A DNA stretch of 64,000 nt from contig JAHFMV010000001.1 in the NCBI GenBank assembly GCA_023267655.1, positions 31,954 to 95,953 on the forward strand. The letters run 5' to 3'. The translations under genes were made by a program, and so were the position numbers. Below, piece after piece: positions 1 to 8,500 of this stretch. The stretch is from Candidatus Kaiserbacteria bacterium. Lineage in GTDB: Bacteria; Patescibacteriota; Minisyncoccia; Phycocordibacterales; UBA2100. Numbering within the stretch: position 1 is the first letter of the stretch; every line of letters starts with the position of its first letter. The notes beneath the pieces were generated by a model. It was not told the origin of the DNA. It saw only the letters and a program-made list of their open reading frames with translations, and searched no databases.

Positions 1-409
1 ATACATTCGCGAACACAACCTCACCAACGTCGAACTGCGTCCGTCAATCACCCACGACAAAGTACCTGAAGCCATAAACTCCTTTGACATCTGCATCAGC
101 TACCCGTTGAAATTTCGCGATGGTGCGACATCGCCGTTCAAAATCTACGAATATCTCGCCTGCGGAAAACCGGTCGTGTCCTCGGATTTGAAAAGCATGC
201 GCGAGGAGTTCGGTGACATCCTCGCGTACGCCGAAGCCGAAAATGCGGAGTCACTCGCACGTACGCTCAAGAAATTGATTGACAACCCCGCAGCCCGAAG
301 CGCGGCCGGCGAAGCCGGCCGCGCCTTCGTTGAGAACGGCAGAAGCTGGAAATCCGTCGCAGGAAAGATCATTGCTTTGTATGCGGTAATCGAACAACCG
401 AACAGGTAA
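1..409 (+). CDS. glycosyltransferase family 1/4, C-terminal part (5' end lies outside the window)
   Basis: Frame 2 is open from base 2. The translation ...VELRPSITHDKVPEAINSFDICISYPLKFRDGATSPFKIYEYLACGKPVVSSDL... carries the EX7E-type 'E-Y-L-A-C-G-K-P-V' signature of GT1/GT4 C-terminal Rossmann domains. Stop TAA at 407-409. Confidence 0.7.
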   Translation, partial: YIREHNLTNVELRPSITHDKVPEAINSFDICISYPLKFRDGATSPFKIYEYLACGKPVVSSDLKSMREEFGDILAYAEAENAESLARTLKKLIDNPAARSAAGEAGRAFVENGRSWKSVAGKIIALYAVIEQPNR

Positions 410-426
410 CTGGTCGTTCCACTCGC

Positions 427-807
427 TTATTCCATGAGCGGCCTCATATCGTCAAAGGGAGGTACATACGATGTACCATGTGCTTGGAGATATACATGCA
501 ATTTTTCTTCAAGCCGCGGAATATTTTGGTGGGCGATTTTCCATATTGTCCCAAGTTCGAGCATAAAATAATCATGCGAAATGATATTGCGTAGTCCGAC
601 AATCATCTTCCACGGTGCGTCGATCTCGTTCTGTGTATCCGCATCCAGTTTTTTCGCGAGTTCCCCGATGACTTGCAGCTGCATGATAACGGCGCTTTGC
701 GTCTTGGAGTCCGACAGAAATGCTGGTTCATCGAATCCCGTGATATATTCCGTGGCTTTCTTGCAGGCAGCTATGATGAGATCAATGTAGACATTATTGT
801 CTTTCAT
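427..807 (-). CDS. hepT: HepT-like (DUF86) toxin of a type VII HepT/MntA toxin-antitoxin pair
   Basis: 126-aa ORF with the R-x4-H-x-Y motif (GLRNIISHDYF). It overlaps the 3' end of the upstream nucleotidyltransferase gene by 14 nt. Confidence 0.75.
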   Translation of the reverse strand: MKDNNVYIDLIIAACKKATEYITGFDEPAFLSDSKTQSAVIMQLQVIGELAKKLDADTQNEIDAPWKMIVGLRNIISHDYFMLELGTIWKIAHQNIPRLEEKLHVYLQAHGTSYVPPFDDMRPLME

Positions 808-1090
808 AGATGATCTTCAAATCGCGTTTGATGTAGGGGCGCATTCGGGCGACAACCTGTGTATCCGGCACCAGATCTACTTCAACCCCCAGGATATTTT
901 TAAGGTCTTCCTCCGCCTCTTGCTTTTCAAGAAAACTAATCGGATGTCCTTCGTCAGAGAACAAGAAATCCGCATCACTATCGGCTCGATTGTCTCCTCG
1001 TGCGCGCGAACCGAAGACGCCAACCTTGCGGAAGCCGTACTTCTTGAATATTGGCCGCGCCTTCTCGACAAGTGAATCTAGATCTTCCAT
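794..1090 (-). CDS. mntA: MntA-like minimal nucleotidyltransferase antitoxin
   Basis: G-S-x9-13-D-x-D motif (GVFGSRARGDNRADSDADF). Start chosen at MEDLDSL (ATG 1088-1090). The longer ORF-track start at 1189 reads through the duplicated glycosyltransferase segment in antisense and is probably not real. Confidence 0.7.
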   Translation of the reverse strand: MEDLDSLVEKARPIFKKYGFRKVGVFGSRARGDNRADSDADFLFSDEGHPISFLEKQEAEEDLKNILGVEVDLVPDTQVVARMRPYIKRDLKIIYERQ

Positions 1091-1147
1091 ACCCACGATG
1101 GTAGCATATTTTTCGCCATATCGCTGTATGTGGTTAGGCAGGATTTT

Positions 1148-1240
1148 GCGGCCGGCGAAGCCGGCCGCGCCTTCGTCGAAAATGGCCACAGCTGGCGTGC
1201 GGTTGCAGAAAAGATTCTCGCACTCACGAGCCTCTTTTGA
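1148..1240 (+). repeat. decayed duplicate of the glycosyltransferase 3' end (gene remnant)
   Basis: 29 nt identical to 303-331 (gcggccggcgaagccggccgcgccttcgt), then about 70% identity for a further 55 nt. It translates in frame to AAGEAGRAFVENGHSWRAVAEKILALTSLF*, against AAGEAGRAFVENGRSWKSVAGKIIALYAV... in the intact gene. Confidence 0.7.
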
Positions 1241-1251
1241 AGTGGTAACGA

Positions 1252-1542
1252 CTATCGGCGTGGGGATCCGAATACTTTTTCTTCGAGTTTGCCGAGGCGG
1301 ACTTCGGTCTTTGTGTCCCGCAGCTGCTGCTCGATTGAGTTGACCTGGGTCTGGAGTGCATATACCTGATCTTTGGTGGCAAGTCCGTCCATTCGTGCGT
1401 CAATGCGGGCTACATCTTCTGCGACGGCGCCGAAGCCCTTCTCCATCCGCGCATCAATGCCGACAACATCTTCGGCAATCGTCTCTACGAGCTTCGTCAA
1501 TTTGTCGATTTTGTTCTCGAGGGTTGGTTTTGCGGATTTCAT
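1252..1542 (-). CDS. hypothetical small coiled-coil protein with an internal tandem repeat (DV.GIDARM x2)
   Basis: ORF with ATG at MKSAKPTLENKIDKL. The repeat is visible in both nucleotide and peptide sequence (…EDVVGIDARMEKGFGAVAEDVARIDARMDGL…). Confidence 0.45.
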   Translation of the reverse strand: MKSAKPTLENKIDKLTKLVETIAEDVVGIDARMEKGFGAVAEDVARIDARMDGLATKDQVYALQTQVNSIEQQLRDTKTEVRLGKLEEKVFGSPRR

Positions 1543-1561
1543 ATGCGGCAGTATAGCATGG

Positions 1562-1732
1562 TCATTCTTTGGCATTACGCACCGCTTCAATCTTCTTGAT
1601 AGTACGCTCAAGCGCTGCTCCGCACGTGTTGCAGAGGCGCGCCTGATTGAAAAGGTAGCCGCGGCCGACGCTGTAGCCAGATTTTCTGTCGGGAATTTTC
1701 TTATTGCAGAGATCGCAGAGTTCGATGTTCAT
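1562..1732 (-). CDS. 56-aa zinc-ribbon protein (CxxC…CxxC)
   Basis: MNIELCDLCNKKIPDRKSGYSVGRGYLFNQARLCNTCGAALERTIKKIEAVRNAKE*. It is absent from the ORF track because it is under 60 aa. It sits immediately upstream of, and overlaps, the coiled-coil gene. Confidence 0.45.
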   Translation of the reverse strand: MNIELCDLCNKKIPDRKSGYSVGRGYLFNQARLCNTCGAALERTIKKIEAVRNAKE

Positions 1733-1893
1733 CGTGTGATGTTATCACGCATCGATTGCGCGCAAGATTGCGGAGCTGCCTTGATTGTTGTCGATCATGC
1801 ACAGGACGAAAATGAGGTGCAAATGTGGGGTGAAGTACACCGAGCTCGCGCCCGGGCGGTTCAAGAATTTTTGGGAGGATTGAGGACAGCCGG

Positions 1894-3087
1894 TTAGCGG
1901 CGCGGGACGAAGAGCGTGCGCGGAAAGAATTCGTTGTACTCCTCCTCGTTGAACCACGCGCACTTGATGTCGAAGAGCTTGAGACCGGGCACGAGGCGGG
2001 TGAGTGCGAGCGCGTAGATCGCGAGCTGCGCGATCGGCTTGTTGGTTCGTGCGTCCGGTTTGTAATCCAAGATATGCACGGCGCCATTGCGCACCTGCAA
2101 GAAATCGATGTGACCGGTGATGGATCGGTCGGCCGCGCCGGTGCGCGGTGCGAGCTCGATGTGGTGCTGTTGCTCGAGCGCGGTGATGTCCGTCTCCGCT
2201 AGCCAGATCGGGATCTCGATTGCAACCGTGACGCTGTCGTTGGTGAGCATGAACTTCTGCAGCGTCTCGTGTCGCAACTTGTTGTTGCCAACGGCCGGAA
2301 TGATGAGGCCGGCAATGCGGGTCGCGATGTTCTCCTTGCGGTTGACGATCACGCGCGTGATGTCCGCGAAGTCAGGCTGCGCTTGCGACGCGCGGCCGCG
2401 ATCTTCCGCACGAAAGAGGTCGTGCGGACAAATCAGTGGCACGGCCTCCAAGAAATTCGCGAGCGATGCGAAGCGCGTGTCGCCGTGGCGCTTCTCGTCG
2501 AGTTCACCACGACGGAGAAATTCTAGCTTCGGCCGGTGGAACGCGTAGCCATAGACCTGGCGGTGATAGAGCTTGATCGACCGAAGCGTTTGCTCGGGAG
2601 GGAAGAGATGCCGGCCGCGATCACGCAACCGCGAATAGCTCATGAGGTCATGATGCTGCGCGAGCCAGCTCGAGAGCGTCGAGGGAGCGATGTGGCGACC
2701 GCTCTTGGATTTGATGCGCGCTACCGTGTCCTCCAGCGAGTAGCCAAGATTGTAGGTTGAGAGCGCATCGATCACGGTGCGCAGCGGGTAGGTTTTGTTT
2801 TTGAGCGCGGCGGGGCCGGGCGTGAAGACGCGCTTGCACGATGCGCATCGCCACAGTTGCACGATCTCCAACTTCTTCTTGCGCGTGCCACGGCGCGTGA
2901 CGACGTGGCTGCCGCAGTGCGGACAGGCGTCGGGTTGCTTTGCGGTGAGCGGGACGCGGGCGATGCGGGGGATGGGGGACATACTATTGTATGTGTTCAC
3001 CGTATCATGCAGATCACGGATTTTGAATGGAGAGCTCACGAATTCTGGACGCGTGAGCGCACGCGTTTTGGATGCGGAGCGGCTCAC
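1894..3087 (-). CDS. N-terminal zinc-ribbon plus C-terminal PD-(D/E)XK-like nuclease-fold protein (possibly mobile-element associated)
   Basis: Zn ribbon CPHCGSHVVTRRG…WRCASCKRVF. The C-terminal region GHIDFLQVRNGAVHILDYKPD fits a D…(D/E)xK nuclease motif. The true start may be the internal ATG at 2982 (MSPIPRIARV…). Confidence 0.5.
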   Translation of the reverse strand: MSRSASKTRALTRPEFVSSPFKIRDLHDTVNTYNSMSPIPRIARVPLTAKQPDACPHCGSHVVTRRGTRKKKLEIVQLWRCASCKRVFTPGPAALKNKTYPLRTVIDALSTYNLGYSLEDTVARIKSKSGRHIAPSTLSSWLAQHHDLMSYSRLRDRGRHLFPPEQTLRSIKLYHRQVYGYAFHRPKLEFLRRGELDEKRHGDTRFASLANFLEAVPLICPHDLFRAEDRGRASQAQPDFADITRVIVNRKENIATRIAGLIIPAVGNNKLRHETLQKFMLTNDSVTVAIEIPIWLAETDITALEQQHHIELAPRTGAADRSITGHIDFLQVRNGAVHILDYKPDARTNKPIAQLAIYALALTRLVPGLKLFDIKCAWFNEEEYNEFFPRTLFVPRR

Positions 3088-3132
3088 GGATATTGAGCAA
3101 GAGGAGGCGCGCGGAGCGCGCGGTTGAGCCGA

Positions 3133-3570
3133 CTATTGGGTGCCGGTGTCGGGGAGTTCCGCTGGCTCCGGAGGAGCGTTGCCGTCATGCGACGACTGCT
3201 CCGCGCCCTGCGGTTGCGGGTTGTCGTTTGCTGCGGGTGGGATGAGCACCAATGGTGTTGACGAGGATACATCTAATAGAGAGGACGGTGCGACTGGGGG
3301 TGTGCTGGTCGCGGCATCAACCGGTGTGGTAGTGGTTGGGGTGTCCGCATGCATCTCCAATGCGGATGAGCCGCTCGGCGCCCCCGCGCCGTCTCCTACC
3401 GGCGTTGTGATGCTGGCGGCTGATGATTGGCTTCCTCGAAACACCGCTTCGAATTGCTCCGGCGTGACGCAGGTCGAGCCGACGCAGAGTTCGTCGGTGT
3501 TCACGCGGCCGAAATTTCCCACCTTGGCGAAGAAGTCGGTGATGCCGTCTGAGGCGGAAACCGAGCCACG
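3133..3570 (-). CDS. C-terminal tail module homologous to the C-terminus of the 1959-aa giant protein; possibly a frameshifted continuation of the 613-aa gene
   Basis: The frame is open from 3570 with a GTG start at 3522. The peptide …GITDFFAKVGNFGRVNTDELCVGSTCVTPEQFEAV…GAPSGSSALEMHADT…PPAANDNPQP aligns with the giant's tail …GIGEVFARVFRAKDALCINDTCVNEDQLKAM…GAPGGSSALEIHADT…PPAANDNEPN. A 40-nt stretch of nucleotide near-identity lies at 3341-3380 versus 5731-5770. Confidence 0.4.
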   Translation of the reverse strand, partial: RGSVSASDGITDFFAKVGNFGRVNTDELCVGSTCVTPEQFEAVFRGSQSSAASITTPVGDGAGAPSGSSALEMHADTPTTTTPVDAATSTPPVAPSSLLDVSSSTPLVLIPPAANDNPQPQGAEQSSHDGNAPPEPAELPDTGTQ

Positions 3571-3613
3571 TCACCAAGGCAACTTTGCAGACCTGCAAAA
3601 ATGCGTCGCTGAC

Positions 3614-5455
3614 TCAACTACAGTGGGCGAGTGAAGCACGTGTTCTAGGACCGACGGCGCCGTAGCCGGTCGTCGTCGAGGAACCGCTTGCGACAATTTC
3701 TTTGGAACGTTGGTACATCTGGACAGCGGTTTGTGTCAGCCTTCCAAAATAGCCGGTGTCGTTGCCCGGAACTAGAAGATGTCGTCCAATGAGATGCCGT
3801 TGCAGCATCGCCACGTCTGTGCCACGGAACCCAACGGAAAGATTGCGCGCGAGCACCGGACACGCGCCTGCGAGTTGCGGGGGAGAGGAGGAAGCGAGGA
3901 CCTGAACATCTGGAATTGCCGGCGGCGGCATTGTCAGCGGCATCGGATTGGATGAAGGCGGCGTGGCAGAAGAGGGAGGCGTTGCAATGGCTGGAACGGC
4001 AGGCGTACCCGGAGTCGGGGTAACCGGGCTCGAAGGTGATGCGGGCGTCAGCGACCGCCACCTGGCGTCATACTCTGCTTGCATGGCCGCGATCGTATCG
4101 CGCACCGACTTCGTGCCATATGCGGTCGTGATCACGTCGTCATAGCGATACGGAAAAATGACGTACTTCGCGTGGTAGGGATGCGGATCGACTGAAGAGC
4201 TTGGGCGCAGTGTGATCGTGTGCAGGTTCGCAAACTTGATGACTCCGTCGTTCGCTCCTTGCGCGACAGTGTACGAAACGGAGCGCGTATCATTCTTGAG
4301 CGTCGGGTCATAAAACCACGCGATCGTAACGTCGTCAGAAGAAGGACCGGAAGCGTTCTCAAACGTGACCCAGCGGAGGTCGATCTGAGGGAAGCCGGAG
4401 TTGTACCCCTGGTTCATTTGGGTGATTGAAGGGATCTCGACTTGCGCGACACCGCTCGGCGATGGCGTGAAGTACCGGCGATAGCCGCTGGTAAAGTAGA
4501 AGGTCGGCAGTTCAAAGAAGCCATTGCGCGTCTTTGCTCCTGCTCCCTTGTTCTCGATGGTGATGTCGTATGCGAGATAGTTGTCAGAAGCAGAGACGGA
4601 CTGTGCGAGATGCAACGTGTCTGCAGCATTCCAAGGTCCCGCATAACTCGGCCCGTAGTCCCAGTTCATCATGGTCATGTCGCCAAAGTCGACGTGGTTT
4701 TGCGCAAGGCTACATGATTGATCTGCAAAGCCGTCGCAGGTGATCGTGGGTGCGTTCGAGCCGGTCGCGACGATCGGAACCATGCTCGTTTGGTTGCCGA
4801 CGTACGTGCAGAAAGCACCGGCTTGAGTCGGATTCCAGTAGCCCTGATGCACGTCGCATGAACTTGCGGTGCCAACTGCACGCGCCATAGCGTTCGCGTC
4901 AGCTTCGTCCTGATCGTGGAACGCGACTTGCAAAGCGGCGCCCATGTTGGCGTGCAGGGCGTTGTGCGGCATCGGATCTTGCAGGGAGGTGCCGACGGCA
5001 CGTTTGCTGTAAAACTCGTAGGTCGCTCCGGTGTTGCGGTCGAGCTTCGCGCTGTAGGCCGACTTGTCGATCGATATCAGACGGTTTTCCGAAAATGCTG
5101 AGTAGTAGGGATCAAGCGTCACGGCCGACGAAACAAGGGTGTCCTTGAAGTCGGGGGGCGGCGCGAGCGTCGTACAGTCAGCTCCAATATCCCACAAGCG
5201 TACCAAGATGTTGGAGCCGGGCGTGCCGACCGGAAGCGGCTTCTTGAAGAGACATAATCCCGATCCGTGATCGGCGAGCGTGCAGCGATTTTGGAAATCG
5301 TTGGCGTCGGTGCCTACGAACCACACGTCTGCCGTGACTGGCGTATTTGGGCAGCCTGGGTACTGCGCCGCGAGCTGTGCTCCCACTGAATTGGCTCGTT
5401 GGGACAACAGGACCGGTTCAATCCAAGATGCTTGTGCAAAGGACGAGGCCGGCAC
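3614..5455 (-). CDS. secreted protein with a C-terminal peptidoglycan-binding domain (PG_binding_1-like) and a Pro/Thr-rich linker
   Basis: 613-aa ORF. The C-terminal LQRHLIGRHLLVPGNDTGYFGRLTQTAVQMYQ matches the PGBD consensus. An N-terminal signal-peptide-like stretch (…GTLILSSVIGATLVVPASSFA|QA) lies upstream of the track's GTG start and has no canonical ATG/GTG/TTG. Confidence 0.7.
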   Translation of the reverse strand: MPASSFAQASWIEPVLLSQRANSVGAQLAAQYPGCPNTPVTADVWFVGTDANDFQNRCTLADHGSGLCLFKKPLPVGTPGSNILVRLWDIGADCTTLAPPPDFKDTLVSSAVTLDPYYSAFSENRLISIDKSAYSAKLDRNTGATYEFYSKRAVGTSLQDPMPHNALHANMGAALQVAFHDQDEADANAMARAVGTASSCDVHQGYWNPTQAGAFCTYVGNQTSMVPIVATGSNAPTITCDGFADQSCSLAQNHVDFGDMTMMNWDYGPSYAGPWNAADTLHLAQSVSASDNYLAYDITIENKGAGAKTRNGFFELPTFYFTSGYRRYFTPSPSGVAQVEIPSITQMNQGYNSGFPQIDLRWVTFENASGPSSDDVTIAWFYDPTLKNDTRSVSYTVAQGANDGVIKFANLHTITLRPSSSVDPHPYHAKYVIFPYRYDDVITTAYGTKSVRDTIAAMQAEYDARWRSLTPASPSSPVTPTPGTPAVPAIATPPSSATPPSSNPMPLTMPPPAIPDVQVLASSSPPQLAGACPVLARNLSVGFRGTDVAMLQRHLIGRHLLVPGNDTGYFGRLTQTAVQMYQRSKEIVASGSSTTTGYGAVGPRTRASLAHCS

Positions 5456-5537
5456 GACAAGTGTTGCGCCAATGACGGACGAAAGAATGAGAGTGCCGTG
5501 GGTCAGATACCGAATATGGTATCACGCATCCGGGCAC

Positions 5538-8500
5538 TTACTCGTTGACAGCTGTGGGTGTGGCCACATCGACGTTGGGCTCATTGTCGTTCGCGGCTGG
5601 TGGAACAGGTGGATCATTCTCCACTGCTCCCTCCTCGCTTCCCGCAGTGCCATCTCCGGTCTCGGTCGGAGTGGTGGGGCCGGTGCTGGTTGCGGTCGGG
5701 GAACTATCCGTCGACGGCGTCGTTGACGCGGTGTCCGCATGTATCTCCAATGCGGATGAGCCGCCGGGCGCTCCAGCTGATCCTCCCGGTCCTGTTGTTG
5801 CAGCGCCGGCGGCTGATGCTGAGAGCATCGCTTTGAGCTGGTCTTCATTGACGCATGTGTCGTTGATGCAGAGTGCATCCTTTGCGCGGAAGACGCGTGC
5901 AAATACTTCGCCGATGCCGTTGGTGGCGTCGGCGAGCCACTGTGTCAGCCGCGCAAAGAGGGAAGCGAAGAAGCGGCTGGTGAAGGTGCCTTCCGGGATT
6001 TCGGGCGTGGTAGTCGCGAGGTCTTCGAGTTTGAGGTTGAGGTCTTGGATCGCCTTTGCGAGGAGGGGCGTGATGCGGCCGTAGTCAACGCTCCACGGCG
6101 TCGAGGTTGCCCCGAGCGGGTCGATGCCGTTGTCGCCGTTGGTGGTCACGGCCCACGGGAAGACCTGTTGCAATTCCTGCGCGATGAAGCCCGTGGTCGT
6201 CGCGTGTGCCGGGTCGGTGATGAAGTCGAAGTCGCGCACCGTGAGACGCATCAGCGCGTCCAGCCCCAGCGTCGTCGTCGCGATGTTCTCTTTGATGCGG
6301 CGATCCGAAGAGGTGTTGTAAGAGACGATGCTTTCATTTTGCGCGATGTTGCCTGCCACCCCGCCCGAGGTATTTAGGAACAACACCGACGAGCCGCTAT
6401 AACTGGCACTCGTGCTCCTCATTGTAATGGCTTGTTGTGTGCTAGCGTTCCAACTTAAATATAATTTTGATCCATCGGAAGTTGCGCCGATGCCGACGTT
6501 GCCGGCGCTGTTCGCGTTGAGCGAAAGTGTCGACCCTTCAATTGCAAGTGGCTTATATACGGCTCCCGCACGGTCGTAAGCGCGGACCTGGCCTGACGTT
6601 CCGTCCCACGTAAGCTCCGTGCCGACACCGTTCGTTGGTGCCACCTGACTCGTCGCGCGTATCGTGCCAAAGACGTCCAATTTTCCGGTTGGAGTAGTTG
6701 TGCCGATGCCGACGTTGCCGCCGCCCGTGACAACAAAATGCGTGGCGGTCGAGGAGCCGATCACAAATTCAGGGACGCCACTGCCGAGGGCATTTGGATT
6801 GACGGAGAGGAGGGCCCACGGACTTGTCGTGCCGATGCCGACGTTGCCGGCGTTCAATGTCATGACATCGCCACCGGTGCGGGTGTAGAGACGGATTTGA
6901 TCCGTTTGCGACGTGGGCCGGTAAATTCCTCCCGCTTCGAGACTATCCGACTGGAACGACAGTGCACTCAAAGATGCGTTAGGTGAATTTATAACTGAAT
7001 ACGTATTGCCTGTGCTCGAGACCACTAATGTCTTGGCGGGCGACGTGGTGCCGATGCCGACGTTGCCGCTGGAGTTAACGAGGAAGTAGGTGGCCGTGCT
7101 GGAGCCGATGGCGAAGGAGTTGATGCCTGCGGCTGCATGCACGCTCAGCTGCGCCCACGGGGACGTGGTGGCTATTCCGAATTTCCCGGCGCTGTATGCC
7201 GAGCCGTCGTTGTTCACCTGGAAGAGAGTAGTCGACGCGGAGTTCGCGACGAGGAATGATTGCGTTGAAGCCGATGTGTCAGAGCCCCAGAGCGTGAGTT
7301 TAGAGTATGGGGTGGAGGTGCCGATGCCGACGAGGTCGGTGCTATCGGCGAGGAATGATTGTGTGTTGTCGTTTTGCCAGCCGCCGGCGGTGGCGTTTAC
7401 GGGTGCGATGAGGGCGCCGGTGAAGTAGGTCGCAGCTGCAGTACCGTCAATTATTGTCCCGTCAGTAGTGCCACGTGCTTCGATATAGTCCGTTGTGCCG
7501 TTCATATCAACAACGGCTGTTGCCATGCCCGTGGCGTCAAAACTACTGCCGCGATAACGGCCAACCCCAACTGGGATCGCATTTTTGTATATTGATCCAT
7601 CGCAGTATGCGACTGAAACGGACTGGCCAAAATCTCCGCAACGAACCGAGAGAGTGATGATGTACTTGCCTGGGACTGTCGGCGTGAATTTGTTCGAGGC
7701 GAAATTGTTATTGGTGTCGAATGTCTCTGTGGACCAGGTCAAAGCAGTGTCGACGTTCGCCGACACCGTCTGATCCGTCCCGTTCTTGTTCACACTAAAA
7801 CTCGGCCCACTGGTAGCGGTCGTGACGCCCTGCCACGTGCCGCCGGAGTTCTTGAACTCGAGCATGCCCGCGTTGTCGCGGAAGCCGTAGCCCGAGGTGC
7901 CTTCGGTCGCGCCGAAGTTCAGATAACCGCTTGCCGGGAAAAGCGCGTTGCCGCTCGCCGTGAACGTCGTCGTCGCCGTGCCGCCGAAGTATGCGCTGTA
8001 TGCAGAGAGCATTGTCGTCGAAGCTCCGCCGTTGAAGAGCGTGAGCGTTGTTGTTGCGCTCGTCCCTGCGACCGCGTGGGTAAAGGGATCGCCGCCCGAG
8101 CCGGAGCCGCATGCGGACGCATTTGCCGAGACCGTGCCGTCGCTACCCACTTGCAAGCAGCGCGTTCCCGTCCCGCCTGTGTTCGAGATCACGAGCGCCG
8201 TCGTCGATGCGGTCGTAGCGGAGAGCATCGTTGTCGATGCGAAGGGGATTGAAAGTGCCGTGCCCGCGGGTGCGGCGAAGTTGATGGTGAGATTTGATCC
8301 GCCAACGAGTGCACCGGCAGTTCCGGAGAACGAAAGCGCGGTGCCGGCCGACAAGGAACTTGTCGCGACCGATTGATACGCAGTGCTACCGCCGTACAAG
8401 AGTTGTGAGACGGGAGCGGTCGTGGTGCCGGTACCACCTTTCGCGATTGTGAGCGTTCCCGTGATTGTCGAGAGCGTGGAGGTTGCGATCCACGACGGCT

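Noticed and set aside
990-1343. 117-aa plus-strand ORF spanning the duplicated glycosyltransferase fragment.
   Set aside because: It reads the duplicated fragment out of frame and overlaps mntA in antisense. It is best explained as an artefact of the duplication.
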